In this document: positions 48,116-61,717 of the stretch, in pieces
Numbering within the stretch: position 1 is the stretch's first letter
Layout of the letters: every line of letters begins with the position of its first letter
Assembly: GCA_038087875.1 (NCBI GenBank)
Contig: CM075989.1
Coordinates: 2,852,001-2,916,000 of the forward strand
Length of the DNA: 64,000 nt
DNA from: Malacoraja senta
Taxonomy: Eukaryota
Direction: 5' to 3'
Translations under genes and position numbers: made by a program
The notes under the pieces: model-generated
The model's input: the letters and a program-made list of their open reading frames with translations, nothing else
Told to the model about the DNA's origin: nothing
Database searches by the model: none

Positions 48116-50809
48116 GTAAGCACTGATGGCACCTTGGGGCATTTTACTATGTTAAAGGTGCCACACAATGCAAGTTGTTGCTCTATATTAATATACTTGC
48201 CTGCACAACCGTTAGTTGCTTGACTACCTACAACACTCGCCAAGCCAGTGAACACTGCAACCAGGAAGACAATCAAGTCGAGAGTGTTTAATTCTCTCAT
48301 GTTGCGACAATGGTTTCCAACCATTTTATCCCCTTCCCATACTGCCCATTCTGCCCATGACCTCCTCCACTATCAGTGTGTGGCCACACCCAGTGCCTCA
48401 TATTACACTCGGGTAGCTCACAACCCAACGGTAAGAACACTGAATTCTCTGATTTTAGGGAGCTAACCAACAACAATCCTTTCCCCATTTACTGGCCCCT
48501 TCCACCTAGATCCATCGGCAGGAGGCCACCATGGCAGATGCCACCAAGGAGACACCAAGAAGCCGGCTGGCAGTGCCCCAGAGGTGCAGGAGAACAAAGG
48601 TGGTCCTGGAGCCCGGGGAAAGCGCTGTGAGAGTGTCGGGGGGGGGGGGGGGGGGAAAGAACATAGAAACATAGCCAATAGGTGCAGGAGTAGGCCGTTC
48701 GGCCCTTCGATCCAGCACCGCCATTCAATATGATCCAAAATCAGTACCCCGTTCCTGCTTCCTCCCCATATCCCATGATTCCATTAGCCCGAAGAGCTAA
48801 ATCTAACTTTCTCTTGAAAACATCCAGCGAATTGGCCTCCACTGCCTTCACAACTCTCTGGGTGAAAAAGGTTATCCGCATCTTAGTCCTAAATGGCCCA
48901 TCCCTTATTCTTAAATCGTGACCACTGGCTCTGGACTCTGCCAACATTGGGAAATGTTTTTCCTGCATCTTGCCTGTCCAGTCCCTTAAGAATGTTATGT
49001 ATTTCTAAATTCCAGTCAATGTAAGTCGTCGATCCATTCTTCGAGCAAAGGAGGATGTGCCATGGAGGAGCCGCCGTTAGGTGGGGCGAGGGAAGAATAA
49101 AGGAGGTCCCAGCGCGGGGTAATTTACCATTTTGTAAGTGGCCTTTAAGTGGCCACTATTTGCATACCCAGGGTATGCAAGCAAATAATTTCACTGTGAC
49201 CTATCACACATGATAAAAAAAGTATTCAATTCAATTCCATTCCATTCTTCTGGCTTCACATTTCATGCCTTTTCTCTCCTTTTCTCCATATTTCGCTGCC
49301 CTTGGTCTTTATTTCATATTTCAGTTCAGTTTAGTTTATTGTCACGTGTACCGAGGTACAGTGAAAAGCTTTTATTACCTGCTATCCAGTCAACGGAATG
49401 ACAATACGTGATTACAATCAAGCCATTTACAGTGTACAGATACATGATAAGGGAATAACGTTTAGAGCAAGATAAAGCCAGTAAAGTCCAATCAACGATA
49501 ATCTGAGGGTCACCAATGAGGTAGATGGTAGTTCCGCACTGCTCTCCAGTTGTTGATAGGATGGTTCAGTTGCCTGATAACAGCTGGGAAGAAACTGTCC
49601 ATCGGGTACTTTCATCTCTAGCCTTCGTCCACCCATTGACCTATCAAACCCTCTCACTCCACCTGTATCCACCCATCACTTGCCAAACTTTGCCCCATCC
49701 CCACCTCTCTTCTTGGGGTCTCTTGGTCGGCATGTGCAGGTTAGGCCAAACGGCCTGTTTTGTGCCAGATGACTCTACGAATCTATAACTAAATCTTACC
49801 CTGTGAATATATAATACTTGCATAAGCATGGGCTTTGATAGAATTATTTTATAAATGGGGCCTGGAAGCTCCTGTTGGGAACATTAAACACAGTGTGCCA
49901 GGGGCAATGAGGGGAAATTGGATTGTGACCTTCGGACCTACATCTTAATCACTTATCCAAGCCTCGTGGAAATGCATGGATTCTATGCATGAGCATCATT
50001 GTCCCAGAGTTACAATGCATGGAGAAAATAATTTGGACCTTTACGCTTATTTGTAAAAAATAATCTGTCTTCTGGCGTGCAAACGAAATCAAGCACAAAT
50101 ATCAGGGAAAAGGGCAACAAATTACAAAAAATGACAAACTGAAAGGTGCCAATTGATTTTGGTTTAATTTTAAGTGAATCAGACGTGAACCTTCAGTGAC
50201 GCAGCAGGCAGCTAATACTGAGCAGAGAACAGTAATAGAACATAGAAAATAGGAGCAGGAGTAGGCCATTTGGCCCTTCGAGCCAGCACCGCCATTCATT
50301 GTGATCATGGCTGATCGTCCCCAATCAATAACCCGTGCCTGCCTTCTTCCCATATCCCTTGATTCCACTAGCCCCTAGAGCTTTTTCTATTTTTCCTGAT
50401 TGTTTGGATGAAGATGATTCCTTGGCAGACAGGATTATTCCTAGAAAATAAACAGAAAGTACTAGAGTAACTCAGCGCGTCAAGCAGCATCTCTGGAGGA
50501 AATGGATAAGTGACATTTCAGGTTGGGACCCTATGAAACAGTTCTATTGTCATATGCACCAAAACAGAACAATGACATTCTTATGTTATTCAACATACTT
50601 GGGCCATCTTCAGACTGATTGTAGTAGCAGGAGAAGTCTGGAAGAGAGGTGGGGACGGGACAAAGCGTGGGAAGTGATAGGTGGATGCAAGTGTGATGGG
50701 GTTTATTGGCAGATGGTTGGTCAAAGGCTAGAGATGGAAAGGAGATAAAAGGGTGTGAGATAAAGAGAATGGAGGAGTGAAATATGGAACCAGAGGGAAG
50801 AATAAGGTC

Positions 50810-51268
50810 ATAGGTTCATGTCCATAAGTAAAAAGAGCAGAATTAGGCCATTCGGCCCATCAAGTCTACTCCATCATTCAATCATGGCCGATCTATCTCT
50901 CCTTCCTAACCCCATTTTACTGCCTTCTCCCCATAACCCCTGACACCCGTACCAATCAAGAATTTATCAACCTCTGCCTTAAAAATATCCATTGACTTGG
51001 TCTCCACGGCCTTCGTGGCAAAGAATTCCACAGATTCACCACCCTCTGACTAAAATAATTCCTCCTCATCTCCTTCCTAAAGGAACATCCTTTAATTCTG
51101 AGACTATGACCTTTGGTCATGGGCTTTCCCTCTAATGGAAACACCCTCTCCACATCCACTCTATCCAAGCCTTTCACTATTCGGTAAGTTTCAATGAGGG
51201 TGCCCCTCATCCTTCTAAACTCCAGCGAGTACAGGCCCCAGTGCCGTCAAACGCTCATCATATGTTGA
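50810..51268 (-). mobile_element. CR1 3' fragment
   Basis: 'LIETYRIVKGLDRVD...GHSLRIKG...FSQRVVNLWNSLP'. Confidence 0.85.
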
Positions 51269-51792
51269 TGTAAGTGTGGAAAGGGATGGGGGTTGTAACA
51301 TGAAAGACGCAGAAGTCCACACAGAGTTCTCACTGGTTCTCTCTCTATATTTAGACTGCGGTGAGCTTCTGGCTTAAGTTCAGAAATACACGATCCTCAG
51401 CAACATCGTGCACCGGAGTTTTCAAAGTTTTCAAAGGTGTAATATCGTGGCAGAAAGCATAAGGGAGCGGTTAAAGTGGAAAGATACATCACTGAGTGAC
51501 AGCCAGCTAAATAAATCATGAGCAATGTGCAATATTCTGTACATGTGCTTAACAAGAGACCAGCAGTGAGTCTAGGGATCGCAGTCTGTAAAAACGACAC
51601 ACTCAACAATTGAATATGGAATTATTTTTATGTTGCTTCCTTTTTTTTGTGCTTTTTTTTTAACTTACCCACTCCAAAACTTTAAATACAAGCACCCCCC
51701 AAGATTCATCTTCATGTATGTGATCTGTTCTGTGAGGCGCATTCTCCCTTCCTTTCTCTACGTCAGGTCCTCGTATCGCATCACCCAGCATA

Positions 51793-52110
51793 GGGCGGCA
51801 CAGTGGCACAGCAGGAAGAGCCGCTGCCTCACAGCGCCAGAGACCCGGGTTCGATCCTGACCTCGGGTCTTGCCTGTGTGGAGTTTGCACGTTCTCCCCG
51901 TGACCGCATGGGTTTCCTCCGGGCGCTCCAGTTTCTTCCCACATCCCGAAGACGTGCGGGGCGAGAGGTTAATTAGGCTCCGTTAAATTGTCCCTCATTC
52001 ATCTCTCAACTCACACGGGGACGAATCTGGGGGAAAATAAAATGGGATTGATGTTAGATTACTATGATCAGCACAGGACTAGTGGGCCGAAGGGCCAGTT
52101 TCCATGCTGT
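51793..52110 (+). mobile_element. V-SINE-like SINE (divergent copy)
   Basis: A/B boxes and core 'ccagtttcttcccacatcccgaagacgtg'. Confidence 0.75.
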
Positions 52111-55100
52111 AAGTCACTCACTCTCACTCGCGTCACCTTGATCATTCTACAAATTACAATGCACATTATCAATACCAACACCAATACCCTCCTCCTTGGT
52201 GGTAATTCAATATATTTGCTTCCTTCCTGCTGCCTCAGGCTTTATCTTCTCCATGGCCATCTTCATTGCTTCTGTTGCAATCCAAACTCATTGCTTCAAC
52301 TTCTAATCTAGTTCTTTCTTCACCTCAATCTTATCTCCCTGCAGGTCAATGGCGATCCTCATATTTTGAATGGTGGGGGGTATGGTGATGGTAGTGCATT
52401 TGAATCTCAAGAAGAAGTCATTAGATTTTCCTTGGATAGGCACAAAATGGTGGAGTAGCTCAGCGGGACAGGCAGCATCTCTGGATAGAAGGAATGGTGT
52501 CTGCCCCGCCTGAGTTACCCCAGAGATGCTGCCTGACTGAGTTACTCCAGCATTTTGTGTCTATCTTCGGTGTAAACCAGCATCTGCAGTTCCTTCCTGC
52601 ACATTAGATTTTTCTTTACTGGTGATAGAAACATAGAAAATAGGTGCAGGAGGAGGCCCATTCAGCCCTTCGATGGATTATTGCCAGGCACATGAGTGGC
52701 ACGATATCTATTTTTGTGTTATCTAATTTCCTGGACATTCTCATTTCTACTTTCGTGGATCTTTCTATAAATTATAGAACATAGACCAGAACTGCAAAAG
52801 AACAGACCCTTCAACCACCTCCCCTGGCAGCGAGTTCCAGGCATGCCCAGTGATGGAGATTAGTGTAACCATAAATGGAATTGACCACTACAAACAGTGG
52901 CCACCCTGACATCGAACCTTATGAAGATGTGACATCAGTGATGAATGTTGTGCCTATATTTGAGAAGCACAGCAAGAACAAGCCAGGGAACTACAGACCA
53001 GTAGACACAAAGACACAGGCGATGATTTGGGTCAGGACCGTTCTTCAGATTCACCTGCATTTGCAAACGGCATAGGTGGATACAAAGTGCTGGAGTAACT
53101 CAGCTGATCAGGCAGCAACTCTAGAGAACAAGCAAGGGTCGGGACTCTTCTTCAAGCCAGTATCGGAAGCTCTTTGTTTCTACATTTTGGAAAGGCAAGC
53201 CCAGATCATGGGAGAATCAGCATGGCTTGTGGGGGATGGGCAATCATGGCTCATGAATGTAGTTTAGTTTAATTTAAAGATGCAGCAGGCAAACAGGCCC
53301 ATTGGCCCATCGAGCCCACCCCAACCAGCAATCCCCATACGGTAGCACCATCCTACACACTAGAGACAAATTACAAATTTTCCGAAGCAAATTAACCTAC
53401 AAACCTGTACGTCTTTGTAGTGTGGGTGGAAACCGGAGCTCATGGAGAACAGCCGTGCAGGGCACGGGAAGAACGACAAACTCCATACAGACAGCCGTGC
53501 CCCTAGTCAGGATCGATCCCGGGTCTCTGAGGCAGCAACTCTACCACCATGCTGCCCCCACGATTTGATTGAGTCTTTCCGAAGAGGTGACCAAGAGGGT
53601 TGATGTGAGCTGGGTGATAGACATCGCGTACGTGGACGTTTGTAAGGCCATTGACGAGGATCCACATGGTAGGTTGATCCAGAAGGTTGGAACACACGGA
53701 TCCAGGGTGAGCTAGCCAATTAGATACAAGATTGTGTAGTCAGAGGGAGTGGTGGTGGGTTGGAGGTCTGTGTCCAGTGGTGTAACCCAGGGATCAGTGC
53801 TGGCTTCCCTGTTGTTCCTCATCTATAACAATTACTTGCATGAAAATGCCGTTGTCATGGGTTAAGGAGGGTGGCAGATGGCACCGACATTGTGATGTGG
53901 TGGACATGATGAAGGTTGTCTCAGATTACAACAGGATCTAGATCAATGGGGCAAGGAATAGCAGAGGAAATGTAATTTAGACAAACTAGAAGTGTTCCCT
54001 TTCGAAGACATAGATTTAAATCATAGATTTAAGATGCGAGGAAAAAGATTTAAAGGGGATCTGAGGAGTGTGCTTATCAAATGGCCCCATGGGATAAGCT
54101 GCCAGAGGAAGTAGTTGCGGCAGATGCAATTACAATATTGAAAAAGATTTGGACAGGTATATTGTGGGGGAAAGAACTGCAGATGCTGGTTAAATCGAAG
54201 ATTGACACAAAATGCTGGGGTAACTCAGTGGGACAGGCAGCATCTCCGGAGGAGAAGGAATGGGTGACGTTTTGGGTCGAGACCCTTCTTCAGACTTTGT
54301 CAAGGAGCATCCAAATGAGATTGCCAGCAACATTCTCTGCCCAGTCTGCAGATGGAAGGGCTTCTATGCATTATATGTATGTACAGTAGAAGTCCATCTT
54401 CTGGTGAGAAACATTGAAAACACAAGTGAGAGTTGAAGAAGCTCTTGAATCCGAGCTCAATAGGACAGTGAAGAGGGAGTTCTGATTGGCCCTTGATTGG
54501 CCCATGAATGTGGAGGCTTTGGAAAGTGTGCAGAGGAGGTTTACCAGAATGATGCCTGGATTAGTTGGTATTATCATTAATGTTTTATTATTATTAATGT
54601 TTAGCGTGTTTCTGAGTAATTCGTAACTGTCACTGTATGTCATGTTGTTACTTGTGGGCGGAGCACCAAGGCAAATTCCTTGTATGTGAATACTTGACCA
54701 ATAAACTTACTTCCTTACCTATTATCTACAGGGAGAGGTAGGACAGACTTGGATTGTTTCCTCTGGAACGCCGGAGGTTGCGGGGAGACCAGATAGATGT
54801 CATTAAGATTATAAAAGACACAGATAGGAGAGACAGCCAGGATGGGAAAAATCAAAGACTAGAGGGCATAGGTTTAAGATGAGAGGGGCAAAGTTTAAAG
54901 ATGTGCAGGGCAAGTATTTTTTACACATAGAAGGATTTCAACCCGAAACGTCACCTATTCCTTTTCTCCAGAGATGCTGCCTGCACTGAGTTATTCCGGC
55001 ATTTCCACTTTGAAGAGGTCCACTTTCAAAGTATCGCTTCCATCGCCCCGACTGCGGATGGTTCGACTGCCCCGACCACGGGAAAATAAAGAGGGAGAAG

Positions 55101-56972
55101 ATTGGACTTTATTGCCTTCCATCACAGTGAGGAACGTGGGGGTGTTTGTGTTCACTTTTATGTAGTTGTGTGTCTTGTTGCTTTTTTTCAGTATGGCTGT
55201 TTGGTAATTCGAATTTCCTTGTACCTTAATTGGTACACGTGACAATAAACTGACCTTTGAACCTTTGAAAGTAAACCAGCATCTGCAGTTCCATCCCACA
55301 CATTGTTATACAGAAGGTGGTGAGTGCCTGGAACGCACTGCTGGAGGTGGTGGTTGAAGCTGATACGCTAGTGGCATTTAGTAGTCCTATGGATAGGCAT
55401 GTGGATATGCAGGAAATGGAAGGATATGGGGTTAAGTGCAGGCGTATGTGATGGTCATGGGATTATGTTCGACACGGACAATGTGGGCTGAAGGGCCTGT
55501 TCTTGTGCAGTACTGTTTTATGGTCTATTTCTATGTTTTGCTCTAATCTAGCAGTGCACCTGACCAGGGTACTTGGGTGTACTGGGAAGGGCTGCGCTCC
55601 GCATTACGCTCGTGAAGGTGCAAAAATGATTACAACAATCTGGTTGGGACTTCAGGGCTTGAGTTACAAGGGAAGAACGGATAGACTGGGAGTGTCTATC
55701 CTGGCACAAAGGAATATGCCAGGATAGACACTCCATCGCAGAGCGTAGCGGGCGATGCCTTGCCTGGGTCGCCGCGCTGGATCGACGCGCTGGACGGCGG
55801 TATCGACGGCGGTATGCAGTGACCGCCGAGATCAACACCTCCGGGCTGCGGGTCTGCGGAGCGACCAGCCGCGGGCGGCGGCGCCTACTTTAACATCGGG
55901 AGCCTCGTGGCTCCAACTCGGCGCGGCCCTGTCGGCTTCAGGTGCCATCGACTCCGCTGGGAAACCGGCTGTTCCAGCCGCTGCGAGGACTCTCCCGACG
56001 GCCAGGAACATCGGGCCTCCGTGGAGGCAATAGCGTGGGGCCTCATTGGGCCTGACTTTGGGTGAACTGGGGTTGGGGACTGGACATCGTGCCTTCCCCC
56101 ACAGTGGTGGTCATTGTGGGGGGATGATTTTTGTGTGCTGTGTCTGTTGGTCTTTGTTCAAGATGGCGGTCGGAGGGGAGAGTGGACGCTGGCGCGGTTT
56201 GGCTGCCGCTGCTCTCTCCTCAAATTGTGTTTCTTATTTTATTTTTTTTGTGCTTTTGTAATTGAATTCTGTCCTTGATTTGTGTACTGTGGTGTTTTTA
56301 TATTTAATTTACTCCGATTATGTGTTTTGTATTTTTGTGATGTTATGCCTTGTAAGGTGTCCTTGGGTGTTAGAAAGGCGCCAGCAAATAAAATGAATTA
56401 TTATTATTAAAGGAAGGGTGACCGCATAGAGATTATAAAGTCAGGAGGGGCACAGATAAGGTGGGTGGCCACAGACTGTAGCTAAAGAATCGAGGTTAAG
56501 TTGTGCAGGGAAAGACTTAATAATAACCCAAGAGGCAACTTTATCACAGAGGATGGTGAATACGTAGAAAGAGCTGCCAGAGGAAATATATATATATATA
56601 TATCATTCATTGATCAGACAATGTAAGAGATTTATTGACAGTGACCCTCACCCTGATGAGAACAACTGTCCTAATGGCTAAAGTGTCAGACTGTGAAATG
56701 AGAAGCAGTGTGTGTTCAGCTGGGGGTATTGTGAGCGTTTGGCGTGTGATATTTGACCTCTGCTTACGTACACTTGACAGGAAGAAGAGGCATGCCTTCA
56801 AATTCCTTTTCTGACTGGTAATGGACGGACACAGACAATGCGTCTGATGGGACCCATCAGAACACGAGGCAGCGGGAGCCAAAAGAAAAATCATTGCAGA
56901 GACGTCAGTCAAAAATATCAGTGTCAGAGTTATCAATTAGTTGTAAACAACATTGTCAAAAGTAGCATGGAC

Positions 56973-57403
56973 CAATTCTTCAGGAGTTGGTCCCCTTTCA
57001 TCGACTTTTTGGAATCATGCGTTGCAGCAGTACCGTAAAGATTACTGATTTCAGGTCAGGTCGTGGATAGATTTACATCTCCAAACAAAGATTTGAAAAT
57101 TTCTTTTTTAAGGGTCTTTTTCTACTATTTCTACTTTCTATTTTTTCTTTTCTTATATACACACTTCACGTTTTTCTATTTTCTACTATTTATTTTTCCT
57201 CTTTCCTTTCTCTATTTTTTTCTTTCTTTTTTTTTCTTTTTTACCTCCTTTTCAAAAACATAAAACTAGAGGTTGTACATAGAATGCATTACGTTATGAC
57301 ATAGTTGGCACCTAAAATTAGATGCCACTGTATTGTTTTGTATTGTATTAACTTCTAATAAAATAAAAAATAAAAAATAAAAAATAAAATAAATTTTAAA
57401 AAT
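56973..57403 (+). mobile_element. L1 3' end with TSD
   Basis: 'QFFRSWSPFIDFL' ORF2 end, T-rich 3'UTR, A-rich tail; 12-bp TSD agtagcatggac (56961-56972 / 57404-57415). Confidence 0.85.
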
Positions 57404-57622
57404 AGTAGCATGGACTGATGCTGCATCGCTCAACAACATCTTTTTTTTTTGCAGGAAGATTTCCCTCAGAGAATTCAGCTTTTATTTTGCAAATCCACAA
57501 ACACAAAAGCCTCCCTGGATAGCCCAGCGGGTGAACAGTTAGTAAGCAGTTGTAAAGTGCTCACTTCCTTCTCTTCAAAGTTAGCCCAGTGCCCTGCGTG
57601 GTGCTGCTGTTCACTGCCTTAA

Positions 57623-57924
57623 TAGCCCTGTCCCACGGTACGAGTTCATTCCAAGAGCTCTCCCGAGTTTGCTCTGATTCGAACTCGGAGATTTATGGTA
57701 ATGGCCACTCGTCGGTACTCGGGGCTCTCGTGGACATTTTTCAACATGTTGAAAAATCTTCACGAGTCTTCCCGAGTACCTGCCGTTAGCGTTACGAGCC
57801 GCTAAGAGACGTCCCCGAGCTCCGACGTACCCGCTACGTTCATTCTCCGTGCTTACGACGAGTTTGATTTTTTTTTACACTCGGGAGAGCTCTTGGAATG
57901 AACTCGTACCGTGGGACAGGGCTT
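57623..57924. mobile_element. PIF/Harbinger-type MITE
   Basis: ~45-bp TIR agccctgtcccacggtacgagttcattccaagagctctcccgagt; TAA on both flanks. Confidence 0.85.
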
Positions 57925-59124
57925 TAACCACTGCTCAATTTGGATGGAGTAGTCGGCTGGACAAGCAACTGTGCAGATGGATGACTCAGGATAAAGGGAA
58001 GCTGGAGGATTGTGATGAGGAAACTAGTGGGAGAGTCTAAGACCAGAGGCCGTAGCCTCAGAATAAAAGGATGCACCTTTAGAAAAGAGATGAGAAGGAA
58101 TTTCTTTAGTCAGAGGGTGGTGAATCTGTGGAATTCATTGCCACCGAAGGCTGTTGTGGCCAAGTCAAAGGATATTTTTTAAGGCGGAGATCGACAGATT
58201 CTTAATTGTACAGTGTTGTTCATATAGTTTAAATTATTGTCACGTGTACTACATTGCAGTGAAAAGCTTTTGTTGCATGCTAACCAGCCAGCGGAAAGAC
58301 AATACATGATTACAATCAAGCCAGGGTATCAGGGGTTACGTAGCGAAAGCAGGAGAATGTGGTTGAGAGGGAAAGATAGATCATCCATGATTGAATGGCG
58401 GAGTAGACTTGATGGGCCGAATGGCCCGATTCTGCTCCTAGAACGTATGAACTTACTTATGAACTTATGAATCTCATTAGGAATAGGAGCTGAAAGTATT
58501 CCTTTGCATCTTCAACAAACTTTGTAATTTTCAATGCCAGATAATTTCAGGGATCACAAAGAACATAGCTCGCTGAAAAAAATGCAGGTGGACAGAGTGG
58601 TAAAGCAGGTGTACGAGCCGAAATGTCGCCTAATGTTCTCCAGAGATGATGCCTGACCCGTGGAATTACTCCAACTCTTTGTGTCTTTTTGTGTAAACCA
58701 ACATCTGCAGTTCCTTGTGCCTACCTTATGCCAGAATGCTGCTGGATTAGATATAAGAAGAGGTTTGACAGTCATTGGGTTGTTTCCTCGAAATGATGGG
58801 GGTTGAGGGGAGCCCTGATATTCAAGAGTCAAGAGTGTTTTATTGCCACATGTACTGAAATGGAACAATGATATTATTACTCACTGCAGCAGCACCACAG
58901 GTTTGTAAATGCTGTACTCAATAGATAATAGAATACGAAACAAAAAAAAAGTTCAATAAAAATAACACAATATAGTGGCAACATTAAACAAAGCCCTAAG
59001 TCCCTAGTGCAACGCAGGTTGTTTGCAGTTTAGCTGGAGTTCGTAGTGTTCAATAGCCTGAATGTTGCTGGGAAGAAGCTGTTCCTAAACCTAGACGTAA
59101 TCGTTTTCAGACTCCTATGCCTTA

Positions 59125-59460
59125 GAAATATAGAAACATAGAAACATAGAAAATAGATGCAGGAGTAAGCCATTTGGCCCTTCGATCATCAATATGATCA
59201 TGGCTGATCATCCAAAATCAGTACCCCATTCCTGCTTTTTCCCCCATATCCCTTGATTCCGTTAGCCCGGAGAGTTAAATCTAACTCTCTCTTGAAAACA
59301 TCCAGTGAATTGGCCTCCACTGCCTTCTGTAGCAGAGAATTCCACAGATTCACAAGTCTCTGGGTGAAAAAGCTTTTCCTCATCTCAGTCCTAAATGGCC
59401 GACCACTTATTCTTAAACTGTGACCCCTGGTTCTGGACTCTCCCAACATCGGGAACATCT
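59125..59460 (-). mobile_element. CR1 3' fragment
   Basis: 'SRTRGHSLRI...FFTQRLVNLWNSL'. Confidence 0.85.
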
Positions 59461-59580
59461 TCCCGATGACAGGAATGAAATGTGAGTGTGGCCAGGGTGA
59501 GTGTGGGTCTCTGATGATGCTGATTGCCGTTTTGAGCTTCCTATAGTTCACCGCTGATGGGGAGGTCAGTATCCATGATG

Positions 59581-59885
59581 TTTAGTTTAGTTTAGAGATA
59601 CAGCACGGAAACAGGCCCTTCGGCCCACCAAGACCGCACCGACCAGTGATCCCGCACACTAACGCTATCCTACACACACCAGGGACAAGCTTTACATTTA
59701 CACCAAGCCAATTAACCTACAAACCTGCACGTCTTTCGGGTGTGGGAGGAAACCGAAGATCTCGGAGAAAACTCACGCAGGTCACAGGGAGAACGTACAA
59801 ACTCCGTACAGACAGCGCCCGTAGTCAGGATTGAACCCGGGTCTCTGGCGCTGTGAGGCAGTAGTTCTACCACTATGCCACCGTG
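59581..59885 (-). mobile_element. HE1/V-SINE-like SINE (inside a decayed Rex1-like LINE spanning ~59460-60440)
   Basis: Reverse complement of the family sequence; flanks translate to 'LRELGLCTSLCKWTLDFL'. Confidence 0.8.
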
Positions 59886-61717
59886 CTCACCATGTTTTGC
59901 AACCAGTCAATATGCTCCCCACACTACACCTGTAGTTCAAGAGAATTTTTGTCGACATAATGAATCTCCTCAATCTCCCAAGGAAGTAGAGGTGTTGATG
60001 GGCTTACTTTATGATTGCATCAATTTGAAGGGTCCAGGACATATCTTCATATATACGCGCCCCCAGGAACTTGAAGTTGTTGACTCGCTCCACTGCCGAC
60101 CCGTTGATGAAGACAGGTCTGTGGATCCGCTTCTAAAGTCAGCAATCAGTTCCTTGGTTTTACTGACGTTGGCACCACTCAATCAGACAATCGATCTCCC
60201 TCCTATACTCATCATCATCATTAACTCATCCAACAACCGTGGTGTCGTTGGTGAATTTAAAGATGGAGTTGTGACGAATAAACTTGACTTGACTTGGAAC
60301 TGAGCCCGGAGACACAGTCATGGGTATAGAGTGAGTAGAGGAAGTGTTGCTGCCAATTTATCCCAATGATGTTCTGATGATGAGGAAGTCGAGGGTCCAC
60401 TTGCAAAGGGATGTGCAGAGACCCAGTTCCCTGAGCTTGGTAACAGGTTTAGATCGGCTGGGCAAGTGCGCGGAGGAATGGTTAATGGAGTTTAATGCAG
60501 AGTTTAAAGTGGATTTTGGGAAGTCAAACCAGTGACCTTCACAGGGAAAAGCAGGTCTCCAGGAGAGGTTGTAGAGCAGAGGGATCGACGAGTACAGGTA
60601 CATAGTTCCTTAAATGTGGTATCACAGATAGATAGGGTGGTCAAGGAGGCTTTCAGTACACATTCTATCAGTCAGGGTATTGAGTACAGAGGTTGGAATA
60701 TTATGTTATAGTTGAGCTGCAGGGAGAGGTTGGGAAGGGTAGGACTTTATTAATTGGAGCATAGAAGGCTTGAGGGTAATCTTACAGAGGTGTAGAAAAT
60801 CATGAGGGGGTGAATGGCCAAAGTTGTTTCCCCAAAAGTAGGGAAATCAAGAACCATTAGCTTAAGGTGATAGGGGAAAGATTGAATAAGGACCCAAGGG
60901 GCAACATTAGTTACACAGAGGGAGGTGGGTAAGTGGAACAAGCTACCAGAGGAGGTACTGTAGCACAGTGGTCACGTTGCTGCCTTACAGTGCCAGAGAC
61001 CCACGTTTGATCTTGACCATGGGTGCTTGTCTGTATGGAGTTTGGACGTTCTCCCGGTGACCTGTGTGGGTTTTCTCCGAGATCTCTGGTTTCCTCCCAC
61101 ACTTCAAAGATGTACAGGTTTGTAGGTTAATTGTCATAGAGTCATTGAGTCGTAGAATGATACAATGTGGAAACAGGCCCTTCAGCCCAACTTGCCCACA
61201 CCAGCCAACATGTTCCAGCTACACTAGTCCCACCTGCCTGTGTTTGGTCCATATCCCTCCAAACCCGTCCTATTTCTTAAATGTTGGGGTGGTCCCAGCC
61301 TCAACTACCTCCTCTGGCCGCTTGTTCCATACACTCACCACCCTTTGTTTGAAAAAGTTACCACTCAGAATCCTATTAAATCTTTTCCCCCTCACCTTAA
61401 ACCTATGTCCTCAATTCTCCTACTCTGGGCAAGAGATTGTCCATCTACCCAATCTATTCTTCTCATGATTTTATACACCTCAATATGATCACCCCTCATC
61501 CTTCTGTACTCCAAGGAATATAGGGGGAGGGGAAACTTTCAAAACCTTCATAACTTTTGTGCTATTACACCGATCGGAACAAAACTCATTTGACTTGAAG
61601 CAGAGGAGAATGGTGAGTAAGGTGGCGAAAAATTGTTGCGCTATGGGGGATCGTTTTTGCGCAAATTTAATTACAATGCAGACAGGAAGTGGTCAAGATG
61701 AGAGTTTTAGTCATATA

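Noticed and set aside
47932..48324. Cys/Val- and His/Thr-rich ORFs
   Set aside because: Translations of a (TG)n microsatellite.
52345..52435. Apparent exon after a strong acceptor (VNGDPHILNGGGYGDG...)
   Set aside because: The sequence resembles the antisense strand of an old LINE and continues as such at ~52675; no donor site.
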